Assembly: GCA_013239625.1 (NCBI GenBank)
Contig: MU056000.1
Span: 8,037,214-8,101,213, forward strand
From: Lama guanicoe
Taxonomy: Eukaryota
Direction: 5' to 3'
Length of the DNA: 64,000 bases
Shown piece by piece: positions 15,750 to 28,600 of this stretch (its first letter is position 1; each line of letters opens with the position of its first letter). The notes beneath the pieces were generated by a model, which worked only from the letters and a program-made list of their open reading frames with translations, was not told the DNA's origin and made no database searches. The position numbers and the translations under genes were made by a program.

Positions 15750-16081
15750 CAGAGGTCGGCACACTTTTCTGGGAGGGGCCAGAGAGTGAGTGTGCTCAGC
15801 TTCAGCAACCACGTGGCCTGTCACAACCACTCAGCTCGGCCGCTGCGGATGACAGTAGCCAGAAACCACAGCTGACAGGGCACCAAGTGGGCGGGGCTGG
15901 ATTCCAATGACCATTGATGGACTCTGAAATCCGGATTTCATACAATTTCTACATGACACAAAATAGTATCTATCTTTGGATTGCAAACCATTAAAAATGT
16001 AATCATCATTCTAAACTCATGAGCACTGTTAAGCAGCTGGCCAGCTGGGCTCAGCCCGTGAGCCGTAGTTTGCCAACCCCG
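15750..16081 (+). mobile_element. hAT-Charlie MITE (MER58B-like)
   Basis: Imperfect terminal inverted repeats cagaggtcggcacact ... agtttgccaaccccg. Internal caaccactcagctc and aaaccattaaaaatgtaa. Confidence 0.8.
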
Positions 16082-17076
16082 GGCTCAGAGACGACGCTAG
16101 CTTTGCTGCTGTCCCTGTTCTTTTTTTTTTAAGTGTGAACATCTTTCCCTATTTTTAATTAGCAATCGATGAATAGAGTATTTTTTTCCTATTGCAGCTA
16201 ATTTTTCATTAACCTCCCAGAAGTTTATCAACAAGAGATAATTCTAAGAACATATGAATATGGAACAGAGACTCAATATAATCCTTTTTGTTGTCAGGTT
16301 CTCTTCAAATTAGACATTGAATGTCACTGAGATGATCTTTATCTTTTATAAGAGGTGTGTGGAAATAAAATTACCTTAATTAATAATGTGCAACAAAAGA
16401 AATGCTACAATAGCCCAACCCCAGACAGACTGGAGTGGATTTAGCAGGTTGAAGGTGAGGGAAATTCTGACAGAAAAATAAATGGGGATGCTTTCTGTCT
16501 GAACTGAGATGTGCATCATGAACCCTGGATGACATTTACAATGTCAAAAGTAAAATAAAGAGCACTTTGTGCCTTTCTTCCTACGATGCACTGCAATATT
16601 CAAATGTAAATATCAATAATCAACTCTAAAAGCGACACGGCTTGCCTGGCTTCCAAAACGTGTAATTTAGTATCATACTGCAGTTTAACGAAATTGCTAC
16701 TCTCTCCTTCATGGCAACTGGAAGTTCCAAGAGTCTGAAGACGCAGAGCCCTGGGTGCCAAGTCCCCATGTCTCAGCCCCCGTGCAGGGTCACGTGTCTC
16801 ATCAGAAATGAAGGACAAAGCTCTACTGACTGCAAACCAGAGGCATAATATTTTTCTAAGTTTATTTAGCCACGTGAGGCTTTGGAGTAAGTGAGATTCT
16901 ATCTTCTCAATTACACTGATTTGCTAGTTCAGAGAAGTGTTCTTTAACACACTTAATCATGCCATTTGACCAGCTGTTTCACAAACAGCTTCCTTTTCTG
17001 GAAAACACTTGTCTTTCTTCGTGTGACTTGTGGCTGTGTTCAACTCAAAATATGTATTTAATCCAGGAGAGCCAAA

Positions 17077-17143
17077 GAGTTGAACCATATGCAATCACCA
17101 ATACCCGACCTTTAAATAATGACTTCATATGATTCTACTTGAT
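17077..17143. mobile_element. Mariner MITE (MADE2-like)
   Basis: Inverted arms gttgaaccatatgcaat ... acttcatatgattctac match recalled MADE2 termini. Confidence 0.65.
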
Positions 17144-17569
17144 AGTGTGTATGAAATAAATTCTCAGTGCCTTACAAAAATACATCACATGTTTAGAAAA
17201 TATGTGTTTCCACCGCAAGCTTGCCAAATAAGTAGACTGTACGATTAAGAAACACTCACCAGCTTTAGGCACGTGCCTTTACTTGTCCTGGATAATAATG
17301 ACTGTGCTTTCTTAAAGTGGTTATACTCATTAAATATATTACTAATGATGCACCAAAACTTAGTAGTGTTTCCTTCCATTTCCCTGTTTGAGAAGCTTAC
17401 AGCCCCCATGGGACTTCTTTCATTTGCCACAGACTCAGGGAGCTAAACTGGAGTCTCACTGGGTTTCCATCATCATGATCACAGGCATGAATGTGAGAAG
17501 CAGGGGGCATCACAGTGCTTCTCAGCAGACGGTGCACGCGCGCGCACACGCACACGCACACTCCTTTCA

Positions 17570-17899
<330 letters not shown>

Positions 17900-20800
17900 T
17901 CAAAGACATGTTTGAATTTGGGGGCACGATGGAAACACTGCAATCGGCAGAAAAGCTAATGGATAGCATGGGATGACAGCAACAGGTCAAGCTAGTCAGC
18001 TTCTCAGCATCACCCAGCTATCATGCTCTGCCCCTAGACCTCCTCTCCCTAGAAGGATGCTAAAGATCCTGAGAAAAATCCACAGTGATCCGGGCCAGTG
18101 GAACAGCATTTTTCTCAGCCTAACCAATGGAGCAGGCTTCTTCCCTGAAGAAGGAACCAGGCAGACGGTCAAACCTAAAAACCTCTTATTATACCACAGT
18201 CCTTGCCCCTGAAGTTTTACAACGGGAAATTATTATTTAAAATGATAAGTGAATGAATAAGCCGTGATGGCAAGCCATCTTGGTGCTGCCCCTGAAAAGT
18301 GGGCCAGAATCTGTTCTCATCAGCGGTGCGTTCCTGGACAATGAATGAACCAAATGTTCAGATGTAACAACAGCCTAAGTCCCTGAGAACAGCAGATCTG
18401 AAAGGAGAAGGTTTTCAATACATTTTCCTTTACCCTTACCCTCCAAACTGAAGCACGTGCATTTAGTCTATCTTGCTCTGAAATGGCCGGACACATACAC
18501 ATGGTGCCACTAACTGGTTTAATTTACAAATTGAGGCTGCACATCCTTCGCCTGGTAGGAGACGTAAATCCTTACTGGTGTCACTTGCTTGTTGGGTTTT
18601 CTGCATTGCATGGGAAGAGACGTGGCTTTAAAGCAGTGCTGTGAACCAGGGAACCTCTGCACCAAAGGAAACAGAGTTTAATGAGGGCTAAGAGCTTGAG
18701 TGGACATGTGAAAAAGAAGATGCTGACTGAGAGTAAAAGTTTCATCCAAGGTACAGCGAGAATCACAGGAGCAGACACGCCAGGAGAGCCACGATCCCAG
18801 GGACAGATGGAGTGGAGGACCTCTAGGGACAGAGAAGGACGTGGGACATCGTGAGTACGGAACTCAAACAAGAACCAAATGAGACTATGGATGACTTTAG
18901 CAATGACCCTTCAGCTAAATCTCCAAGGCTAATACCCGCATGGAATGCTAGCATTTAAGTGTCAACTTCCTTTGAACAGTCCCAGCTGGAAGCCCTCCAT
19001 TCCAGCTTAAAGCAAGAGGGAGTTGGAACTCCCTGATTGGTGATGTTTGCGCACAGCTCTACCTGTCCAAGTTCTCGGCCGGTGGCCACTTTACAGCCAA
19101 CATCTTCAATGTTCAAGGGCTACTTCCTCAGGATCATCTAACCCTAAAGATTTTTAATATTCTTGTCTAGTATATTTGGAGACCAAGCCATTCAAAAGCT
19201 TTGAAATTGCCAGCAGATCGATGTTTTCCTGGTGTATTTTCACACGGGCTGCTTTACTTTTAACTAAGCGCAAAGCAGAGCAGTTCTAAATGACTGGGGC
19301 AGTGCTGAGACTCCTACGAATTCAGTGTTAATAAAAAAAAATCACTGAATGATTGGATGAAAGGGAAAGGAATAAAGTAGGCAGGTTCCTTACCTTTCCC
19401 TCTGCTAGTAATTAAATAAATTCTGATTTAGATAGCATTCAGCTGAGTGATAGATTCAAAATTACTGTTTTGCATAATTCAGTTCATTGCATCTGATTTA
19501 TCAAATGCCAAAATCACACTGAATATTATCTCATGCTCAAATTTTCCAGGAATATATTTAAGTTATGATATGCTTTGAGTTCCTGCTGTCAATTCTTCCT
19601 ACTTCTGAAGCTTTTGATAAAATTGCCAAGGACTTACAAGTGTGAAAACAAGGGAACAGTCATCAGATCCAAAAGCCACAGAGTTAAATAAAAGTTCTCC
19701 ATCACTGGCAGATTTATAGTTGTAACCCATATCATCATTCCTTGATGGTAAGCAGCTGGAAACATCCAACGATGAGCAAGGATTCGCTGGCCTTTTAAGT
19801 GGTGGCGTGATCTGAGGGCAGGTGTGAAAAGCCTCTTTTTGTAAGCATTTACTGGGCATTAGGAAATTGTTATTACTATCATGAATCAGAAGTTAATGAC
19901 CAAAGGTCCTAGGCAAGAAGCAAGAATCTTAAGATGAGGTAGATTATCAGAAATTCTATGTGCTGGTATTAAGACAAAGACAAAGTAAAATTATTAAATA
20001 GTTGAATAATATACCATCCTTTTTTAATTAGCATGCTTTTGATAGAACCGTAAGTTCACAGTGTTTCCCTGTAGAAACATCTGTGCAAAAGACACCTGCA
20101 TATTTCAGCATTATGCATAGCAATGAGATAAGGCATTTTAAAAGGAGCGTTGTTGACACTCCTTTGCATCCATTGTGAGTCAGGTTCCAGTTGCTCATGG
20201 GTGGGCACAGTTACTGGCAAGAGAGACAGAGAGAAGTCAGAGGAAAAAGAGATGCAAGGAATTAAAGGTTAAAAGTGCAGCTTCTGGAATTCATGCCTTC
20301 TACCACTCTTGTTTAAGAAAGAACGTATCAGATCCATATTAACAAGGCCTATTTTATTTGGGGCAATTTTGAGAAAAAAATTCTCCCACAGCCTCTTCTG
20401 GGAGTATGCTCCAAAATTTCATGAGATGGTGAACATACTTGCCAATTCAAAGAAAATGCACTTGTCTTTAGTAATAATTTCCTTTCACCATTATGGTTTA
20501 TTTGACAGTGAGCCCTCAGTATTACACTGGACTCAAAACACCACTGGCAAACATTTGTATCTTTGCCAGGAACCAGAACAATGTGAACATAACAAGAAAA
20601 GAATGCTGGAGAAACAGACTTTGTCGCAATGTCACGGATGTCAAGGCCAATTATGTTGGTGGAGAACAATTCTGAGAACTTCACCTTGACCAAGCGGACG
20701 GTTCAGAACTGCAGGGTGACAAAGGGCCATGGAAACAGATGAGCCAAAGAGAAAAGGCAACGCGGACTCCATGGCCCAGACCAAGTGCATCACCTTCCCC

Positions 20801-21664
20801 CGCCAGCACAGACATCGGCTGTGTGAATGTAATGAGTGTAATATCCGTGTCCAGACAGCACTTTGTGACCAAGTTCTGCAACGATGCTTACCTCATCCTA
20901 CACTAAGATTTCAATGCTATCACATGCTTTACTCTTCCTTCTCCTCTTCACAAGACAAAGTTTGGGTCTAGAGAGCTCAGGCCCTGATAATTTTCCTATC
21001 TGATGTTTCTGAAATCAGTGGGTTTGAAGGCGCCCATCTGAAACACGAATGCTCAGCTTACAGGCTAAGACAGTTTGTGATGCAGGAGGGCTGAAGGGTG
21101 AAGGGCACTGTAATAGACCCACGGGTGCTCTGGGCCTCCTGCAGGTCCCAGAGGACTGGGAACCTGCAAACTGATATAGGACCGCACCTGGGACAGTTGC
21201 TACACAAGAGTTTGCATCTGCCCCAGGACCTCAGTCACCAGCTCACTGCTGACTCAAAGGGATGCTCAGATGGCCCAGAACCTGGTCCCTCCTGGCCACT
21301 CGGCTCTGGCACTGCTGGTGGGAGGAGAGAGGAGAGGTTCAGTTCTGCGCAGAGACGGAGGTAAGGGCACCCAGGGCTCAGAGGGGTGGGCACCCTGGAC
21401 CCCTGGAGAGTGGCGGGGCCCTAGGCCTTCACTCCAGCACCACCACTTACATGAGCAACTCCTGTGCAGAAGCTTGAACACATGGCTCACCTTCCAACCC
21501 TGCACATGAAAGGGGGCCTCGGGAGGGAAGATGCGTAATATCCAAAGGTGTGAAGTAAACAGAAGCAGCATCTAAACCAGTCCATCTACTGCTCTTCCTT
21601 GTGTCAATTTTGCCCAAACAACCTGAAGTGGGAAGATACGATTTGGGCCCCAGATCTGTGTTTA

Positions 21665-21830
21665 ACCAGCAGGGCAACTCAAGACTAGTCACTGGACCTC
21701 TCTGAGCCCTGGTTTCTTCAAGCATAAAAATGCAGATAATAATACATGCGTCTGTGTGGCACACGATTGTGGGAGGATCAAGGAGAGAGAAATCGGGTGT
21801 GAAGGGCTCTGCAACTGATAAAGCGACATT
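21665..21830 (+). mobile_element. MIR SINE
   Basis: agtcactggacctctctgagccctggtttcttcaagcataaaaatgcagataataata. Confidence 0.7.
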
Positions 21831-22487
21831 GAAAAAAGGACTCTCACGCCACTCGATCTTAGAGTCAAGAAATGATGCGATCTCGTGAAAATACCTCTTT
21901 GGATTTAAGCAAACAATCAAACACTACTTACACTAGCAAAATATCAAAAACAACTTAAGAGATTTAATTCTGAAATATTATAAATGAAAAAAATGGATAA
22001 TTTTGTGAAGTACCACTGCAAGATGTAAATCTTATAGTTTGATTTTTTTCTTAAAAAAGCATTAGTGATGCTTTTTAATGGATAGCTGCAAAGAATGAGG
22101 GAATGAATGACGTTCAAAAGGGAAAGAAATACGGACATGACCGAGGGAAGGTGGAATCCTTTTTAGGAAGGGATACGGCAAAAATGAAACCTGCAAAGCG
22201 AAGATGACAGACACCCGCTAGCCCAGGAGGAGGCAGGAGTGGATGCCTGGGGAGTGCTTGACGTGGAAAATAAGTACGGAGCAAAAAGGGTAAAGTTTCC
22301 TTGCTGCCTGGCTTGTCTCTCTCCTCCACCCACACTTCCCTTGGGTCAGAGAGTCCCACAGGCTCAGTTCCATCTGACCAGTGATACGAAACAGTTATCA
22401 CTTTTAAACTGACTTGCAAATAAATTTCCAGGGCCTAGAGTTTACACACAGTGTTTACATGTACCAGTTAATCCGTACTGATTGATG

Positions 22488-22850
22488 TATTCATTCACTC
22501 AACACATATTTGCTGAGTGAGCGACTCTGAGGAGTTGCGGACACCACGGTGCTTAAGGCAGACAAGGTTCCTGCCTTGAAAATAAGTAAGTCATCACATT
22601 CAAGCCGGTACAGAGATAAAGGTACTGAAGGAGATAAAGTACGGTGGGGCAAGAAGACACCGTCAGAGGGTACACTGTTTGATAGGATGGTCAAGAAAGT
22701 TCTTTTTGAGCATCTGACATTTCAGCAGACACTTTCACCAGGGCAGAGAAGGAGCCGTGCTGGAGGAAGAGCCAGGTGTTTCTCGGACAGGGGACCAGCA
22801 GTGAGAGCAAAGGCCCTCTGCAGGAGACTCATTTCAGAATCTTTATAGAA
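22488..22850 (-). mobile_element. L2 LINE 3' portion
   Basis: attcattcactcaacacatatttgctgag, agacaaggttcctgcctt, gacatttcagcagac and gcaaaggccct are reverse L2 3' motifs. Confidence 0.7.
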
Positions 22851-24809
22851 GTGATTTTATTAATATCTATTTAATCCATATTGTCTTTTAAAAGAAATGC
22901 CAATTCGCATAAGAACTCTTTATGAGTTCATACTACAATTGACTATAAAAAAGGAACAGATTTTTTTAAAACTCAGTAATCTAGAGAAGCAGATTTCCCC
23001 TTGCACATCCTCACTGCACCTCCTTCCTTGCTGAATGCTCTGATTTCAGGAGTATGTTTCCGGCCGACACGTTGGTATCACTAAGCAACGTGTCCAAGCA
23101 GCATGGCTGTGTGGGCAGGGAGCCTTCCCGTGGTGATGGCTGATGGCTTTGAACCAGTTCTTTTGTGGACTTTGAACTTCCTAAAAAGTCTGGCTTGATA
23201 TCTGTTATCATTAAACTCCAGGGTGAAAAACAACCTCAGCAAAAAAGCTCTTTTAGAAATAATAAAAAAAGATCACATAATTTTGGTTAATTTCATCATA
23301 TCATAACTGTATGCTAAGTAAATTGCTGAGGGAGGCAAATATGTCGCTGCAGATCTCGTGATAATAAGGATTTATTTGTTCTATTCTTGATTTTTGTTTT
23401 TGACTCAAATCAAAATTCCAAAATCTAATTCCCTACTCCTATGCCAATTCACAAAATAATTTAGCATTTTATAGGACCCCAAACGATTTCCTGTGTATCT
23501 TGAGTCAAGTCCATGCACTAAATTCTACCTGCAAATGATCATTCACTCATTGACTTAGCTTGACATTGTATCTCATGTTATTATAAATGTTAAAATATAC
23601 AAACACATTTCTTGTACTATAGGCTAAGAGCCATATTTCAGACTGTTACCTGGAAGGGAGATTATGAATTCACATGTATTCAATGACAAAACTGCACTGA
23701 AGCCTCATAATTTTAATGTAACAGGCCATCTAATGATATAAAAGGTTAGTCTGCTTTGGAAAATGCCCTCCTGTTTCATCTTCTCCATAAACCCTAGATT
23801 TTCACACATTATGCTAACGTCATACAACTTTGCCGCTATCACAAAGAACTTGAATGCTCACAGGTCCCTGACAAGGTACAAAATGCTGAAGCATTCTCGA
23901 TAAAGTTTCCAGTACAACTTACTGTAATTATGAGGCCTCCCCTCACCTTTCACCGAACACTGTGATCTACTGGGACTCAAAGATTTCCCCGTGAGAATAA
24001 TTTAGCATGTTGATTGCCACATCACCCAAATCTGGGTGACAGTTGTGTTTCCTTAGAGGCCGCATCACCCAGATATGGGTGAGGCTTTCCTTCCTCCAAT
24101 TTTGCAGAATTTATTCTGAATTTATTCCATTCAGAAGAGTAACAAGAAGAAGCAAAATTGTAAACAGGCTGAAAACTGCAAAGAAGAAAAAGGGATTTTC
24201 TTTTTAAGACAGTTCCAACTTGGAAAAACAAACAGATGAATTATGAGCACATACAGTTAGTGCGTCACACTGCGGTCAGGTGTGAACTGGGGCCCTGCGG
24301 GAAACACACACGATCCGCAGCGGGTGACCAGCGTGTTGAGCAAAGTCAAGGCCAGGCTCCAGCAGCAAGTGTGCCCCTGCGATCTCATCCCTGTGGCAGC
24401 AGATGACCCTGGGTCTGGCCTTTCCTCCCTAACCACCAGCACTTCTTCCCAGGCAGTTAGAAACACAGGCCTCTTTTGTTCAGTTCCTTTTGTGACAGGC
24501 AGGCACCTGGAAAGTGACAAGACACGACTCGTGAAGTATGAGGAACGTGGCATCTGACATCTTTGCAATCTTAGGACGGACCATTTCCGTTTTTATTTTC
24601 AGTCCAGGGTCTCAGGGCTCCGCGTCCTCAGTGAGGCGGACGGTGTCCTGTGTCATCACAACTCCATCTGGCTCCAAGTCTACTTGTCTAAGAATGTTCT
24701 AGTTCTAGTGAAACACACAAGACGAACAGCGGTGGGCCAGCACCTGTCTGCTTTTGGTTTCTTATCTCGGGGTAGGTGGAGAGGAGCTGAGCAGGCGAGC
24801 TGTGTATTT

Positions 24810-24970
24810 CAGTATTTCTCAAAACGCCACGTGCGTATGAGTCCCCTGACTAACATTCGGGTTCTGACTCAACAGGTTTGGGGGAGCGCCTGAGGTTCTA
24901 AATTTTTCTCAAGTTCTTGGCAATGCAGGTGTCACTGGTCCATAGACCACCCTTGGAGAAGCCGGGACAC
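24810..24970. mobile_element. MER5-like hAT MITE
   Basis: ttctgactcaacaggtttgggg...gcctgag...ctggtccatagaccacccttggagaagc. Confidence 0.65.
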
Positions 24971-25539
24971 ACTGATTTAGCTACGGCTGCATCTTGGTTG
25001 CTAGCTGACTTCAACTCCGGCATCCTTGTGGGGCCCTGGAGGCAGGCACAGCGATGCCTTTTGTCCCCTCTGCCTTATTAAACAGATACGAGTGCCTCAA
25101 CAAAGGCACAGGCCAAGGTCATAGTGAGACAGTGGCCGCGCTGATGGCACCTCAGCAGGTGCCGCTAACCCTGGTCCAGCATGTGGCAGTGCTGGCCACC
25201 ACGTGTGAGCGTCGTCTGGGCTGCCACGGGCTGCCCCAGCCCAGGGGTCAGGTGTCAGCCTGCAGGCTGCTGCAGGAGTGACTGACCTTAGCTCTAGGTG
25301 GTCAGGCCCCACCAGACACCCAGGGGCACACAAAGGCATCTGTGAGCAGGCCAGCTGGGGCAAGAGTCCCTGCTGGGGACAACCACCAGAGCATCCTTCC
25401 AGCTACAGGACCAACTTCTCAGGCACAGGTGGACTGGGATGCATCTGCTGCCGTCACTGAGCTTCTCGGCTGATTCTGGGAAAACAAGTATCTGGGTTAC
25501 CTGCGTTACGACAGGGCACCCCCATGTAAAGGATTCAGC

Positions 25540-25690
25540 GCGGTGCTTCTCAACCCCAGGAGAACGTACATGGTGCTCACCTGGACGAGTGGACTTTAAA
25601 ACACCTGGACTGTTGTATACACTGCTGATGCTGGGGCCCACTCCAGACCACTGAGTCAGGACCTCAGGGGATGGGCCGGGGAACAGACGA
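25540..25690. mobile_element. MER5-like hAT MITE
   Basis: gtgcttctcaacccc...tcacctgg...gatgctggggcccactccagaccactgagtcagg. Confidence 0.6.
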
Positions 25691-28600
25691 GTCCAAACAC
25701 TCCCCATGTGTCTCTAAGGAGGGACCTATCTCTGGATGGTTAGGGTCAGGCCTAGTAGACCCGGGGCCCGTGTGAGGCCCTGAGGCACGCAGGTCAGGGT
25801 TTGGTGCTCCGCAGGCCCCCTTGGGCTGGATGGTCACAGCACCCACAGAAGCATCCGTTCTCAGATGTGGGGGGAGGGGGGTAACCTCCTCTTGGCGTGG
25901 GTGTAGTTTCTGAACTTTGCAGGAAGGCAGCGATACCTCTGAGGGTAGGCAAAGTCGAAGATGGTTTTTGCCTTGGGGAAGGTGGTCGCTGCCCCAGGTG
26001 TGCCGGCCACCACGCTGCAATTAGTCTCTTTTTGGGACATTCCCCCAAGTTCATAGATTGTGTGCTTTTCACGCGTTTCCGCCCAGGATGGGCATTCTAT
26101 TTACTGTCTGCTTCCAACCCAGGCTCCTATCCGGGAGCCGCTTTCGGCAGCAGCCTCCCGGGTGGTTGGACCAGGAGCTGGGTTCACTGTCACCTTCAAC
26201 TGTCCTGGTTAACTACTGATGTCGCGGCGTCTAACAGCTGGGGCTTTATGAATGCGTCAGTCACCAGGGTTTTTAATGGCCAGTCCCTTATCCACACAGG
26301 TACTCTTCTTTACCAATAAGTTAGATAAAATTGAGTGAGTGTCATTTTAGTTCTCCACAGCTGCTTCTCAATACCCCATCCGTGCAACCCTGGAACAGAA
26401 CATCTGGAGGCTGGCTTCCAGACCTAGTTGCTATGGATAATTATGAGTCTTTCCAGGAAGAGAATCCACAACAACATGCTCCTGACCCACATTTTCTGTT
26501 TTATCAAAAAGACGAACTTTGCAAGGGACGGGAAGTCTTCACTGTGCTTTCCAAAGTGCTGGCTGCTGAGGGGACGAAAGCTCAGTTTTCATTTTTGTGC
26601 ATGTGGTTTTTGCCCATCAAAGGGCACAGATGAAATTCTCAACGTATACACAAGGAGAAGGGCTGTGTCAGATAAAAGCAAGCAATTTTCTTCATAAATC
26701 GCTTTAAATATTTTGAAAAAAACATCTGAACCAGGATGCTTTTGCATCTCAGCATCTTGAACAGGCCTTTTACTCAGATTGTGCTTCACATATCATAGAT
26801 AGCTGTGCAAACTTCTTTTCAAAAATTAGATCTTTAGCTGCAAAAACTCAGCCTTAAAATGTATTCTCCTTGTATCTGTTTTCTAATGCTGTCCATGCTT
26901 CACCAGTACCCACAGGACGGGCTTACTGATAATTCCAGAAGAAAAAGGCACCATAAACTTCTCAACATAATTTATAGGACAAAGATGGCAAATAAACTGC
27001 TTCACAGATTAGTCACTCTCTATACTTACCATTTATAACGTCTTTACAGCAACACTTGTTAAAAGCTTTATTATTTTACTCACCATAATCCTTGGCACAT
27101 GAAAAAAGAGTTTGAAAAGAGAGGAAATATGCTGCGTAATACACAGTTCTGCAGACTAAAATTTTCCCTTGATTCTCTTCTGATTAAAAGCTTTCATATT
27201 TGTATGTGTGTGTTTTGGAATCCAGTTAGTCACTGAATTATGTGTGAAGAATTATTAGATGAACACCAGTATATTAAAGCAGTCATTCCCTAAAAAATGC
27301 ATGATCGATGAGATCCATGTTCAGTTACAATTCTCCCGCCCAGTTTTTGTCTGTTGTCTTATCCAAAGAAGTTGCTACTAAACCACCAGTTGGTGTGGGA
27401 CGGTAGTGATGTTAGCGGTGCTTCTCTAGCACAGAAATCTGTATTGACTCTTCCAGCGCAAAACAAATACAACGTATTTGCTAGAAGGCTGTCAAGGGGA
27501 AGGGGTCTGTTTGTGGAAGTGTCAGCCACAACAACCAGTTACTGACTGAGCCATGAAGAGGACTGTGGCCTGATCTGCCTCCAATCGGCTGAGCTCGAGA
27601 CCTAAATGAACACCTGTGTGCGTGCGTGTGTGTGTACTTATTCATTCTAGAGAAATGTATACAGACTTCCCTTTCCTACGTCAATTATTGAAACACAGCT
27701 TGTGTCCTACGGGAGGACTCCTTTAACAGGTCGCCAGTCCATCCAAGGAGAGCTAAGGTTGAAGCCAGAAACACCAGGAAGCGCACGTATCATCTGAGGT
27801 CAGGATGGGCTCGCCCTCTTTAAGAAGGCACAGCACCTGTGGGCCCGCGCACCGTCGGGGCAGCTGAACAGGGAAAATCAGTGCTACCAAGTCTGGGTGA
27901 AGACATTTATAAGCAAACAGAAATTGGAGGGGCTGCTCAAGTCCGCTCGGTCAGCACCATGAACGGTTTTCCTTGGGTTCGCTTTGCTGCCCAGCCTCCG
28001 CCCGCGGGTCCCTGGACAGGCCCTCACTGCATGCAGACACCACAGAAGAGGCCTCGTCTGCTCTTCTGATCTCCGTCTCCAGGCTCACACACAGGGAGCT
28101 GCTGGCTCTCCAGGGGAGCCCGACATGCCACGGGCTGCTGTCCCGGGCCTCTGTCAGTCCTGCGACTGACACCTACACCCACAGAACCGAGGAAGCCTCT
28201 TCCCAAAGCGTCGGGAAACTCCGAGGTTAGGGAACAGGCATCTGATCTACAGATTTTCAATACCTATTGAGCCAAGTTTTTCTGTCAGCTGTCAGTGATT
28301 TTTTAAGGTTTCACTCACTCGGAGGAGAACCTGGTATCTTTGTGTTCATGCTTCGCTCTGTGCTAAGGATGGTTTCCAGTTACCCACGGGACGGAACACT
28401 TTCACTGGCTGGCGACCTTTCTGACAGTTCGTTGAAAACACCTGCTGAATATCTACTAGATGAAGTGGGGTGAGGAGTTCAGAAATACGCAGGGGGCGCA
28501 GCTGCCCTCCGGGAGCCCTTCTGTCCACTTATTTAAATGCTCTGCCTCTTCTGATTATTTGCAGGAAAGCTCAGAACACTTTCTTCTTTGTATCAACGTC

